Origin: Octopus sinensis | Taxonomy: Eukaryota | Assembly: GCF_006345805.1 (NCBI RefSeq) | Contig: NC_042998.1 | Span: 79,112,001-79,176,000 of the forward strand | Direction: 5' to 3' | Length of the DNA stretch: 64,000 nucleotides | In this document: in pieces, positions 12,020 through 23,849 of the stretch | Position numbering within the stretch: the first letter of the stretch is position 1 | How the letters are laid out: the number at the start of each line of letters is the position of its first letter | Made by a program: the position numbers and the translations under genes | Notes under the pieces: generated by a model | What the model saw: the letters and a program-made list of their open reading frames with translations, nothing else | The model's database searches: none | Told to the model about the DNA's origin: nothing

Positions 12020-13160
12020 GACTTTGCTACCCCTTTGCTCTTTGGGCATTTGGTGAATGAAGGAGTTTGATGCGGCTGCCCTCATCTGTGTTTCCTGCCA
12101 TGAGGTAGGCTCATCCAGAATCCTTAACAGGAGTGGGTGGGATGTATAGGGATGATGTAGAGGGATGGAATGTGTAGGGGTGAGATAACAAGGGAGAGGG
12201 TGACAATGAAGGGAGAAGGTGGGTAGAAGTGAAGAGAGGAAGTAGGTGCCAGAGCAAGAGAGGAGAGATGGGTGGGAAGAAGTAGGTGTGAGAGGGAGAG
12301 AGGAGGAGGGTTGGATGAAGAGGGGAGGAGTGTTGAGCCAATGTGGCGCAAAGTAGTGAAAAGAGAAGATTAAACCGTGCTCACGGCGAAGACAGGAGTC
12401 GGGATGACCCATGTGCAAGGACAATCCGAACACAGACAGGTATTGTAAAGAGTGACCGGTAGAGTGGAAATGGCGCGAGACCGAGGTGTCATTGCCGAAG
12501 CGGATGCCTCGGAAGTGTTCCGCGAACCGGTCAGCCAAGCGGCGTCCCGTTTGACCAATGTATAGAGAAGGGCAAAGAGAGCAGGAGATGCAGTAGATGA
12601 CGTTGCTAGATGTGCAGGTGAAGGAGTCAGTGAAATGATAGAGTCGATGATGGGTTCCTGTGAGGAAGGTGGTGTTGGAGAAGTAAGGCCAAGTGCGGCA
12701 GTGTGGGAGGGAGCAGGGGAACGAGCCCGGTTGGGAGGTTGGGTTAGGGAAGAAGCTGTGGACCAAGAGGTCTCGTAGGTTGTGGGCTCGTTTGAAGGAG
12801 GGTAGGGGTCGGTTAGGGAAGATGTGTGAAGTGGAGGGATCGGACTGGAGTCGCCAGAAGGCTCGGAGAATAGTGCGTTGGAGAGGTATGGTGGTGGGGT
12901 GGTAGGTGAGGAGAAACGGAAGACGGGTGATGGCGGGGCGGCTGCGGGGGAGAGAGCAGGTGCATGGTCCACGGAACATGCTCTGGCAAGGGTGGTGTAG
13001 ATAGTGGTGAGGGGATATCCACGTAGGATGAAGAGGCGAGCCATAGTAGAGAGTGAGTCTCAAAGTCATGGTTGTCACTGCAGAGCATGCCTAGACGGAG
13101 GAATTTGGAATAGGGGATGGAGAGCTTGGTGTGTTTATGGTGGGAGGAGGGGGTAGTTAT
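12020..13160 (-). mobile_element. 5'-truncated Penelope-like element (Neptune-like): RT thumb plus GIY-YIG endonuclease, frameshifted
   Basis: TKLSIPYSKFLRL..C...FILRGYP; LTYHP; FTCTSSNVIYCISCSLCPSLYIGQTGRRLADRFAEH...VSRHF...H; pyrimidine-rich 3'UTR ending in a decayed hammerhead. Confidence 0.9.
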
Positions 13161-13174
13161 GTTTATGTGCGTGA

Positions 13175-13660
13175 CTGGAAACTGATGCTTTGGATTGGAA
13201 CAAGTAGAGAGGTATTGTTAGTATTTGGTTGCAACACCTGGGAGGCAAAGAAGATTCATTGTTCTAAGTTTTAAAGAAAGGAATAGTTGGAACTGAAATC
13301 AACAGTGAACATCGGATATGTATTGCATGCTATCGTGTTCTGTTGTCAAAAGCAGTATACAGGAACCATATGAAGCCACTTGAAAATCGAAATGTCCAGG
13401 CAGGTAATAATCTTGAACACCAACCACCTCTTACAACGTGTGTCATATATCACAAAACTTGTAAAACAATATCTGGACTTGAAAGATATATACTAGTTCA
13501 CAAAAGCATTCCTTCAGAATCAGATTCCAAAGGGCAAGATGCAGAAGGAATTTGAATATCTTTCTTTTGTGTTTTAAAACCAGTCAGTCAGCAGCTGGTC
13601 TTAAAAGTCATCTGCGGGCTCACAATAGAGGGATTGTGTTGTGTGATGGGGGATATGGTG
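13175..13660 (+). mobile_element. RTE-clade LINE 3' fragment with decayed C2H2 fingers
   Basis: LETDALD..KxRGIV, TCVIYHKTCKTISGLERYILVHK and SAAGLKSHLRAH resemble RTE ORF C-termini; many stops. Confidence 0.6.
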
Positions 13661-13706
13661 TGTGAGTTATGTATATAATATGATGATTGCTTGTCAAAGT
13701 GAAGGA

Positions 13707-13744
<38 letters not shown>

Positions 13745-13893
13745 AATATGAGAGAGAATCCATTATGTGGACGCTCTTACGCTAAAAATAGATCCGCAAG
13801 GGTCTCAACCACTACGAATTGTTCTCAAGAAAAATTCAGCACACTATGAACGTAAGCGAGCAGGACAAATGAAAAATAGCAAAAATATAGAGT

Positions 13894-13972
13894 AACCCCA
13901 TACAATTGTTTCACTGTTAATAAATTATGCAATGTTACTTACACAATTAATCTACAGATCCTCAGTGAGATT
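13894..13972 (-). ncRNA. Type I hammerhead ribozyme, core intact
   Basis: Minus strand: stem I AATCTCA, core CTGAGGA, long stem II (T-CTGT...ACAG-T), GAA, palindromic stem III ACAATTGT, A17, stem I' TGGGGTT. Confidence 0.75.
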
Positions 13973-14426
13973 CGTCATAAAATATAATTTGTCGAACTGC
14001 ACGCCAGATATTAACACGAGGTCAAAAATACGAGTAGTTCGGCCTATTATATTCGCAGTTATATTCAAATTCCCTCGTTCTAGCGCGCCAAATTCACGGA
14101 AATAAATACTGCATAAATAATTCACTGCAGTAGTTAACACCGGTTTGAGAACATATTAATTTAGAATTAAAATCAAAATGAGGGTGAAAAAATTGGATAT
14201 TAATTTAATAACATCAATTTAACACCAGTAGTTTAGCGCATAAAAAACTGAGATTCAGTAAATATTATTAATACACAAATATGAGAGAGAATCCACTTTG
14301 TGGACGCTCTTACGCTAAATATAGATCTGCAAGGGTCTCAACCAGTAAGAATTGTTCTCAAGAAAAATTCAGCACACTATGAACATAAGCGAGCAGGACA
14401 AATGAAAAATAACAAAAATATAGATT

Positions 14427-14505
14427 AACCCCATACAATTGTTTCACTGTTAATAAATTATGCAGTTTTACTTACACGATTAATCTACAGACCCTCAGTG
14501 AGATT
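14427..14505 (-). ncRNA. Type I hammerhead ribozyme, second copy (A9>G)
   Basis: Same fold as 13894-13972, offset by 533 bp, but the core reads CTGAGGG. Confidence 0.65.
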
Positions 14506-14559
14506 CGTCATAAAATATAATTCGTCGAACTGCACGCCAGATATTAACACGATATATAT

Positions 14560-14637
<78 letters not shown>

Positions 14638-14765
14638 GTGTGTGTGTGTGTGTGTGTGTGTTTGAAATGATGTACAGATATTGTATATTAAGAAAAGGGA
14701 GGAAGTCAGAATTTTGGATAAAACTTTATTTTACGCTTTCATTCACGAGGAGTTTTCAACACATA

Positions 14766-14796
<31 letters not shown>

Positions 14797-14800
<4 letters not shown>

Positions 14801-14975
14801 GGTACATTCCAAAAGTTTTGAGACTCTTCAGGAGAGACATTTATTAATTTCAAAGAAGTACAAACTCTAATCTTCTTTTTTGACTTCAATGCACAAGGCC
14901 CCATGGAAGTCCTCCAAAGTGAAGTTGTCCAGAATCTTTGTGACAACCTTTTTGATCTACTCAGTTTCTTCAAAA
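14797..14975 (-). mobile_element. mariner 3'-end fragment
   Basis: TIR-like ACAAGGTACATTCCAAAAGTTTTGAGACT plus minus-strand FEETE.IKKVVTKILDNFTLEDFHGA, resembling a mariner C-terminus. Confidence 0.55.
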
Positions 14976-15082
14976 CGACTACCCCTGAGGTTTTACTTTT
15001 CGAACATAGCTCTTTGTCGGAAAGAAGAAAGGAAGAATCCAAAGAAAGAAAAGAAATCGCCAACAGCACGTGTGTAGTTACA

Positions 15083-15113
<31 letters not shown>

Positions 15114-16524
15114 TATAGTCTGTACATCTTATTTACCGTGGACATGCTGTAGAAAGCCTAAAAAATTGCTCTATTCGTTTAGAGAAAGCATCTCGTATAG
15201 GATATCAGTAGCGGTCGAAAAGCATTCAGCAGCAGCGATGCATCTGCTCAATCGAAATTTCTACTTCTTTGACCGTCATCCATGTTTAAACAATAATCTT
15301 TCCACAGTATATCCACGTTCAGTAAAACACACAGAACTCTATTTTGAACTAACTCTACTTCCGTCGCTAAAAGCAAATTTTTACTCAGCTTGCAAATCAT
15401 TTGCGATGCCAGTGATTTGTTAATCACTATTTATGAATAGGGGTTAAATTTCTCTAAGCATACGGTTGCTAGTGGATGCTTACTACTGATGACATTCAAA
15501 GGATCAAAAATCTAGATTTAGCCAATCTGCCAATGTTGCTGCGCAGTATTCGGCTTCCACTCATTATTCTGTGCCTTTTAGCCCTACGGCTAGACGAGAT
15601 CCGTTCTCTAAACGAATAACGCAGTTTTGAGGCTCTCTACAGTATATCCACATTAGGTAAAATGTGCAGAATACAAACCACCTTCTAAAAAAATACACAC
15701 GCGCGCACACATAATACACGAACACTAATACATATATATGCACATATATATGCATACATGTACGCTCGCATACATACACGCATACAACTCGTTTGTTTTT
15801 CTGATTTTGGTTGCGTTAGATGTGTTTGAAATGCTTTATGTGGGAATGAATCTCTGCGTAAAACAAAACAAAAACAATGTTTTGCTTAATTAAATTAGGA
15901 ATTACAAACATTATCTTCCATCAGTGTTTACAATTTGTTTTTCCTTTTGTGCTTTTCTTTGAAAATTCTATCTACACTCCTCATCACTGTATTTGTAATA
16001 AAGTCGTGTTTATAACTGATCAGATAGGGAATAGCAAATACATTCTTTGTGAAAGAAGCCGAGGAGATATGAAAAAATGCATTAAAGTATCATTAATAAA
16101 TTTGTTTAGACAATAGAGTTGCAATAATATCTTTTAAAAGGCGATATAAATCCTTAACACTTGTTTTTAAAATTTATATATATATATTGAAAATATATGT
16201 ATGCCTTTGTGTGGGCGTATACTAAAAATAGAATAAACACAGAAGAGATCTTGTCCCGACTTCATATATATACACATGTATACATACGCACATATATATT
16301 CAATATCTATATATTCACAAACATATACACAGTTACACACATATATACAGGCACACACACATATTCAATATCTATATATTCACATACATATAGTCATACG
16401 CATATATACATACACACACATATTCAATATTCACATATTTACATATTCACATACATATACACAGTGACACACATATATACATACACGCAGTCACACATAT
16501 ATTCAATATCTCTATATTCATATG

Positions 16525-16554
<30 letters not shown>

Positions 16555-16555
<1 letters not shown>

Positions 16556-17400
16556 TGAGTCATCCCATAATGCGGATTTTTCAATTGAACTCGGGGGAGG
16601 ACGGGATAAACTACCTGCATCAACTTGCCATAAAAGCAAGTAGTAATTTTACTTTGTTCTTAGTGCAAGTTTTGAAGAGTGCAGCTCGATTTTAACAGTT
16701 ATTTTTTCAAAGATTTAATGGAAGTGACAAACGAGCATATTCGATACATTTTGCTTTATGAGTTCAATAAAGGCAATAACGCAACGGGAAGTGCGAGGGA
16801 TATTAATGCAGTATATGGGGGTCGGACAATAAGCGTAACCCAGTGTCAACGGTGGTTCCAGAAATTCCGAGCTGGAAACTACAGCCTAGAAGACGAGCCT
16901 CGTTCTGCAAGATTTGTAGAGCTCGAGGAGGACGTTCGGCAATCCCTAATGGAACAAAATCTCATTGTAACCGCTGAGGATCTAGCAGAGAAACTAGGAT
17001 TTGGTAATTCAACCAGTCATTCAAGTCAGTGCTAGAAGGAAAACGACCATCTTTGGTTTCAAGACGAAAGGTGTTCTTCCACAAGGATAAAACTCGGCCA
17101 TATACAGCGAGGATGACATTCCAAAGGCTGGAACAGTCTGAAAGGAAAACGATGCTCCAATCACCATATTCGCCGGACATTGTCCATCTGATTATCATTT
17201 ATTTCGCTGTCTTCTAAATCATTTGGACAGAAAAAATATGAATTCTTTAGACGAAGTCAGAACAGTACCAGAGGAGTATTTTTCGTCACGGACAAGTGAA
17301 CTTTTGGAAGAGGAGCCTTGCAAGTCTACCAGATAGATGGAAGAGCATTATAGAAAATGAAGGAGGGTATATTTTAGTTTTAAAAAAAAATTTGTTTATC
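16555..17400 (+). mobile_element. Internally deleted mariner transposon (transposase pseudogene)
   Basis: MEVTNEHIRYILLYEFNKG...WFQKFRAGNYSLEDEPRS, then FHKDKTRPY...PYSPD...LPDRWKSIIENEGGY. The WVPHEL/first-Asp region is deleted. The left TIR TTGAGTCATCCCATAA resembles the TIR at 20454. Confidence 0.9.
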
Positions 17401-18689
17401 TTATGTTTGTGTGTGTGTGTACAAATACATACTTGTACACACATATATACTGGTACATATATACTCGCACACATATCCACACAAACATATGCATGACACA
17501 CATCGACCCATACACCTATATATATATATATATACAGAAATAATTAAGATTCAGTTGAATTTGCACAAAAAAATTATGGAATTTCAACAGGTAAGATACA
17601 TTAATAAAACTTTTCTTAAATATTTTAACAGAGTAAGAAAATGAAAATTAATTCTCTGTAGCATAATGCAATAAAATGTTTACCTGATGATCCGTTGAGA
17701 TTAAGCATCTAATTGCAACATTCAGTGCAGAATTCCAAAACCACAATGGTGACACGAACGTTGGAACAAATGATATAAACTTGCGTTTATCGTAATTTCT
17801 CCTACGTTTGGTCTATATATCTCAGCTAGTAATGCTCGTAAGTATAGAAGTTGCTTAACCACTACACTGGAAGAAGATTGGAAGCAGAGGATGATCTAAA
17901 TTGAGCTCTGAACTTAAATGTAACAGTCGTAAATCGGTTAGATGATGATGATAGCATAAAGTGTATATGTGTGTGTGTGTGTGTGATGGTTTAGAGGAGT
18001 TGTCTTGGTTTAGTCAGATCTTTTTCAAGTTACTTCTCCATTTGATTGCATATCAAATATAGTCTTAAATTTGGTATGCTTTCTATGAAATTAAACTTTT
18101 TAACACGAACCTCTTGACAAAGTATGCGGTGTGCATTTCATTATTGCACCAAATGAGCCCTCGCCATTTTAAAAAGGAGAATAGAAATGAGAGTGATTAC
18201 AAAAGATGAATTTAGGGTAAAATGGTGAGAAAAATGAAAGTGTGATGCAGGAGTAAAATTAACGATGTGTTAGGATGATGGAAGAGAGAAAATAGTGCGG
18301 ACGTAGAGAGATATATAGTAGAACAGGAGTTGGTTCAAGAGAGACAGTGGTAGCAACAACCAGTTTGGTGGTAATTGGGTGAGTGATTGCAAAATATTCA
18401 GAGATAGTTGATCGTGGAAGAGTGATGTAGGTCGATGATAAGTAACTGAGGAAAGGAGAGGGTATGAGGATTAACAGAATTCTAACAGTAGTAAGAAAGA
18501 TCCCTTGTTCCGGAAAATTTTGTGATGTGGCAGAGAAAAGGTTAAGTATAGTGTAGGAAAGAGGGAGAGATTCAGTGTTATATGGACTACATGTTACAAT
18601 GAACATGAGATAGTGAGTGTATGTGCGCATCTCTGTATCTCTCCCCCTCTCTCTCTCTCTCGTGTGTGTGTGTGAAAGTAGTGTTGCAT

Positions 18690-19760
18690 TTTTGACAGGA
18701 TAATTTTGTATTTTTTCAGTACTTGTGTTAAAATAAGCAATAATTTTTACATTCTTAATTTTTTTCTTTACAAATTACTTTATACAGTTAAATGCGTATC
18801 GAATTTTACCCTTTTAAAATGAGTTTAGATTAGACCTGAATCAGACACTGCATACTGTACGAATTTAAAAGGGGCTCTTCAGCAATGGAAGCGGTAAAAA
18901 GATTTGTACTATGAAAATTAAGTTTACAGTATCCTGACATGCCAACGATGTTTTGGCCAGTGTTCCACTTGGGTAATTTTTCATCGTAGATTCCCTTCGA
19001 TTTAGATGACCTAACTCAGTCAATATTGAGCTTTTGAAAAACTGTAGTTCAGGAAAATCTAAAGCATGAGGATTATCAAAACAGTTGAATCCAAGATATA
19101 CATCGATCATAAAACACCTTCACAAACTAGGGAAAATGCCTAAACTTGGTCAGACTGCTTCTCAGTTTAATCAAAAAGTTACCCTTTACTAGTCATTGAC
19201 GGGTATACTTGCTGCCGAATCTTTCTTTCATCACATGTGATAAAAGTTGGTCTTCTATAATCATATCCAATGGAAACGACAATGGTTGGCACCAAAGTAG
19301 AAAAGGAAAATCTATCCCCCCAACGGGACAACATCCGAAGAAAGTTACGCTCTGTGTTCAGTGGGATATGACTGTCACGAAGTGTTAAACGAAAATGAAA
19401 TAGTTGATGCAGAGAAGTATATTGAAGCATTGTACAAAAATCTACAGAAAAGCGCCTAACAATCTTACACGAGAATGAAAAACCATATATCATCCAAGCC
19501 ACTCAAGAAAAAGACTGTGACACTAAATATGGAAGCTCTGCTACATTCAGATCATCGTAACATTATGTAGAGGGAAACAATTCAATAATTGTGAAGAGAT
19601 TACAATTATTTTGAGTGTTTCTTTGCTTCGAAACTTCAAGAATTTTATGCCCGGGGTGTCAACAATTTGCCAAAAAAGATGGGATTATGTTTTCAATAAG
19701 GAGGAGAATATTGTTTTGATAACTATTAAGACCAAACAATTATTTGTTTCTTTCCCACCT
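18690..19760 (+). mobile_element. Highly degraded mariner transposon
   Basis: Residual motifs LGKMPKLGQ, ITCDK.W, KVTLCVQWD, LHENEKPY and a YARGVNNLPKK..YVFNKEGEY-like end. Confidence 0.65.
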
Positions 19761-19954
19761 TGAAATTCAACAAAACTGTCTTTCCAAAACACACACATAC
19801 ACGTTTGTTTTTATGTCGAATCATAATAAAACAATTTTCATGAAACTGAAGAATTACTCCATACGTTTTTGTAGAATACATATTTATTCCTTTTTCTCAA
19901 GAATAGCGACAGTAACTTCAAAACAGGTCGAAACATCGGAGTCGCAGTCAATAA

Positions 19955-19985
<31 letters not shown>

Positions 19986-19995
19986 AATATATCAA

Positions 19996-20445
19996 GGCGG
20001 TGGGCTGGCAGAAACGTTAGCACGCCGGGCGAAATGCTTAGCAGTATTTCGTCTGTCTTTACATTCTGAGTTCAAATTGTGGGTAGTAAAGAAATAGGTA
20101 TTTCGTCTGCCGCTACGTTCTGAGTTCAAATTCCGCCGAGGTCGACTTTGCCTTTCATCCTTTCGGGGTCGATTAAATAAATACCAGTTACGCACTGGGG
20201 TCGATATAATCGACTTAATCCGTTTGTCTGTCTTGTTTGTCCTCTCTGTGTTTAACCCCTTGTGGGTAGTAAAGAAATAGGTATTTCGTCTGTCTTTACA
20301 TTCTGAGTTCAAATTTCTCCTAGGTCGACTTTGCCTTTCATTCTTTCGGGGTCGATAAATTAAGTACCAGTTGCGTACTGGGTCGATCTAATCGACTGGC
20401 TCCTTCCCCCAAAATTTCGGGCCTTGTGTCTTGAGTAGAAAAGAA
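19996..20445 (+). mobile_element. Compound (tandem) SINE family B with tail 1 then tail 2
   Basis: A head is followed by two GTAGTAAAGAAATAG-GTATTTCGTCTG junctions; the last unit ends CCCCAAAATTTCGGGCCTTGTGTCTTGAGTAGAAAAGAAT. Confidence 0.9.
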
Positions 20446-20453
20446 TATATCTA

Positions 20454-21660
20454 TCAGGTCATCCCATAAGTAATGTCCGAATTTTTGTTAAGGAAACAAG
20501 TCATATAATTTTACATTTTATTAAAAATTAATCAGGTATATAATTCCTACCATTATCGATGACTACCTTCCATCTACTAATCAGTTTTTTAAACTCCATT
20601 GGTGAAAAACTATTTTGGTTTTGATGAGAAGAAGGAAGAGATGACAGTTTCAACCTCTTTCGGGCTTTTGCACACTAATTCATCTAAGCTTCGAAACAAA
20701 TGGTAATCAGAAAGAGCGGGGTCCGGGGAATAAGGCGGGCGAGGGATATTTTCCCAGCCAGATTCTTTGATTTTTTTCTGATGTAATCTTTGCAGCCCAG
20801 TGTTTTGCATTATCATGATGAAACACCACTTCCTTACTATTCGCCAAAGAAAGCCATTCTTTCTTCAAAGAAGCATCCAAACGCTCTAACTGTTGGCAAT
20901 AGGTGTGAGTATTATTTATTGCATTAGTTGGTAGCTGCTCAAAGTGAATTACACCAATGCAATCCCGCCAAACAGAAGGAAGAACCTTTTTTTTTTTGCA
21001 TAGATTTCCTTTTTGAGTTGTGGTTTAGCCTGTTCTCCACAACTAAGCTATTGGCTGCATCGCTTAATATTTTCATAAAAAATCATTTTTCATCACCAGT
21101 TACTAATCTGCCCCAAAATGCTAAGTTACGTTCACGTGTGTGAAGAGAAGAGCAGATGTCTACTCGTGATTTTCATTCGCTTTATCAAATCATGGGGAAC
21201 CCATTTTCCGAGTTTGTGTATCTCTTTAAGCTGTTGAAGATGACAGTGAACAGTTGAATGGCTTGAATTGAGCTTGCTTGCCAATTCTTCAACTGACATA
21301 ACATTATCCTCCTCAAGCACTGACAAAAGAGGTTCATCATCAAATTCAACAGGGCATCCTTTTTGTGGCCTCTCTCTTCGGCTGAAATCACCATTTTCGG
21401 ACTTTGCAAACCATCTTCTGCAACTTCTTTTATTCAAGCATTCTTCCTGATAAACAGAATGTCTAATTCGGGTTGATTCTGCTGTTTCCCTTTTTGAACT
21501 CATAAAGTTAAATGTTCTTTCTTTGAGGGGTTAATGTTGATAATTAATTCAATCAGCTTATTCTATAAAAAAAATTATATTAAGTTAAATGTTTTCAAAT
21601 TCATATGAGTCTCAATACCATTTGACATTTAGAATACTGTAAAATTTTATAGAAAATGTG
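20454..21660 (-). mobile_element. mariner transposon, decayed but near full length
   Basis: RRWFAK..NGDFS...GCPVEFDD...LGKWVPHDL...VTGDEKW-like...HDN...WENIPRPPYSPDPALSDYHLFRSL; TA plus TIR TCAGGTCATCCCATAAG at 20452-20470. Confidence 0.9.
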
Positions 21661-21726
21661 TTTGAAGTGGTATATAGATATTGCATATTGAGAAAAAGTA
21701 GGCAGTCAGAATTTTAGATAATAATG

Positions 21727-21773
<47 letters not shown>

Positions 21774-21774
21774 C

Positions 21775-21925
21775 AGGCTTCTTTCAGTTTCCGTCTACTA
21801 AATCCACTCACAAAGCTTTGGTCGGCCCATGGCTATAGTAGAAGACACCTGCCCAAGGTGCCACACAGTGGGACTGAACCCGAAGCCATGTGGTTGGTAA
21901 GCAAGCTACTCACCAAACAGCCGCT
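21775..21925 (-). mobile_element. SINE family A, 5' half
   Basis: Reverse complement of the head at 49437-49598. Confidence 0.85.
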
Positions 21926-22849
21926 TAAAGTGAATGTTTTATTAGAACACACAATACTGCGTTATTTACAATGGAGGCATCTCTCATATGAACTTGTAGT
22001 GCATAAAAGCACTAATGCTTATATTGCTGGCGGGTGAGAACCGTCTACTATAGCCGTTAGAACTGCAAGAACACGTGATTTCGGCTTTGTTTGGCCTTGT
22101 AAATAACAGACGTCCGTCTTGACATAGCAACCGATTCCCTAGATAACAATATATAGAATCCCAGTGTCTATTCAAACACTGGTGTCGCGTAGTGGATTAC
22201 AAGTCCATATAAGAGGTCTTCTCATGGTATATGACGCAAGTATTCTGTGTTCTAAAACAACGGCCACTTAAAATGAGAGATAAATATTACCCCTTGGTAT
22301 TAATACTGTTTTTATCGCTATTAATTATGTATATACCAGAGGGAGAGAGAGAGAGAGAGAGAAAGGCAGAGAGAGAAATCCTGGGTTGGTGGGTTAGAAG
22401 ACTAAATATAGAACTCTCTCTTAAACTGCTTTAGAGACGCGAATTTATTATAACTTCTAATATGTATTATCATCCAGAATTATATTACAAATCCAAAACA
22501 GAAGGGCAACAACTGCTCGTTTCGAAAGCAAACTTGAATACAATTATGAATGATAAGTAGCTGGTTCACTGGTCTTCACTTGCTCCGATGTTAAAATATC
22601 TTTGCATATTTTTGAGGACACAGTTACTTACATATCTACAAACAAACTCTATGATGACCCACGAACAAAAATAAATACAAGCTTTCAAGTGAGAAAAACA
22701 CTCATCAGGTAAAGGAAGGGAACTTACAAAATAGTCAGCGATAATATTGCCAGTGGCAATATTCTTCCTCAAGGGCGATAACAACATTACAATCGGGAAA
22801 GCAATTTCTAGGGGTATATGTGATCTTTTATAAAATAAAAGTGGGTGGG

Positions 22850-23780
22850 GCCGCTGTAGAAGATTGGACCTTTGAAAAAATAGACACAAACCTAAAGTAT
22901 TCTATTCAATTGCAAAAAAGCTTAAGGACACTGTTTCATCCCCGAGCTTATTGAGTGATGAAAGCAACATTCTTCATAATGATACCAAAGATATAAGAAA
23001 TAGAGGCGATTTTACAGAAACAAGGCTGCTGTTTTCAATGATTCTAATGCTGTTAACGTAAGCAGCATTAATGAAGTAAAGCCTCAGTATATCCTTCCTG
23101 ACGCTATATCCTTCCAGTGCGGACATCATTGCAGCAGTATATAAAATTAAAATCAATTCACCTGTAAGCTTTCATAGGTTCCTCGCTGTATTCTCAAGGA
23201 ATGCAGATAACATCTTATATCTACTCTCGCTAATCTTTGGTTTCTGTGGTAGCAGAGATTGCCTGACATAGCTTCTGTATATTTAAAATGTCGACATTTT
23301 AAATACTTTGACATTTCAAATGTTCTGGGGAAAACTCCATCACTTATGTCATATCTTGACTTCAGTTTCATAGTAAACAAAACCTTGCATGTCGTGATCA
23401 ACAGAGTTTACTCAAGATCAGCAAAAGTCATTAGTGGTGTACCCCATAGTTCTGTGTTGGTTCGATGTTACTTATTTACATAAATCACATTACAAATGAT
23501 ATCATAGTAAAATAGGTGCCCCAGCATGGCCGCGGCCTTCGGGCTAAAACATTTTTAAGGATTTAAGGATATAAATAACAATTTTGCAGTTGGCTATGAT
23601 CCAGAAAGTAATCGGGAGTTTGTGACGGAAGAGAAATCCAATCTGATCTATGCACAGTGAATCGATTGGCGAAAAACTTCGTGCTGCTGAAGGTGGAAAA
23701 ACTCTGGACAACAAACTGAACTGGAGTCACACATCAACAACAAAGTCAATATCAGGTGTTTTGTAGCAATCTTGCTCTTG
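22850..23780 (+). mobile_element. CR1/L2-like LINE RT relic
   Basis: VVINRVYSRSAKVISGVPHSSVL..LIYIN matches the VVINGxxSxxxxVxSGVPQGSVLGPxLFLIYIND motif; heavily decayed. Confidence 0.6.
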
Positions 23781-23849
23781 GATCGCAAATATATCGCCTT
23801 CAAAGTTTAATGGGTTGTAGCAGTCACGAGTCAAAGAAAAGATGCACTT

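Larger units (their letters stand above)
13742..14552 (-). mobile_element. Non-coding 533-bp unit in about 1.5 tandem copies, each with a hammerhead (retrozyme or PLE pseudo-LTR-like)
   Basis: ACAAATATGAGAGAGAATCC starts at 13742 and 14275 (period 533); the second copy stops at about 14552. Both flanks are (TA)n. Confidence 0.85.

Noticed and set aside
16974-17000. CTGAGGA-TCT-AGC-AGA-GAAA-CTAG hammerhead-like string
   Set aside because: It lies in mariner coding sequence and lacks the UH cleavage site and stem I, so it is a chance match.
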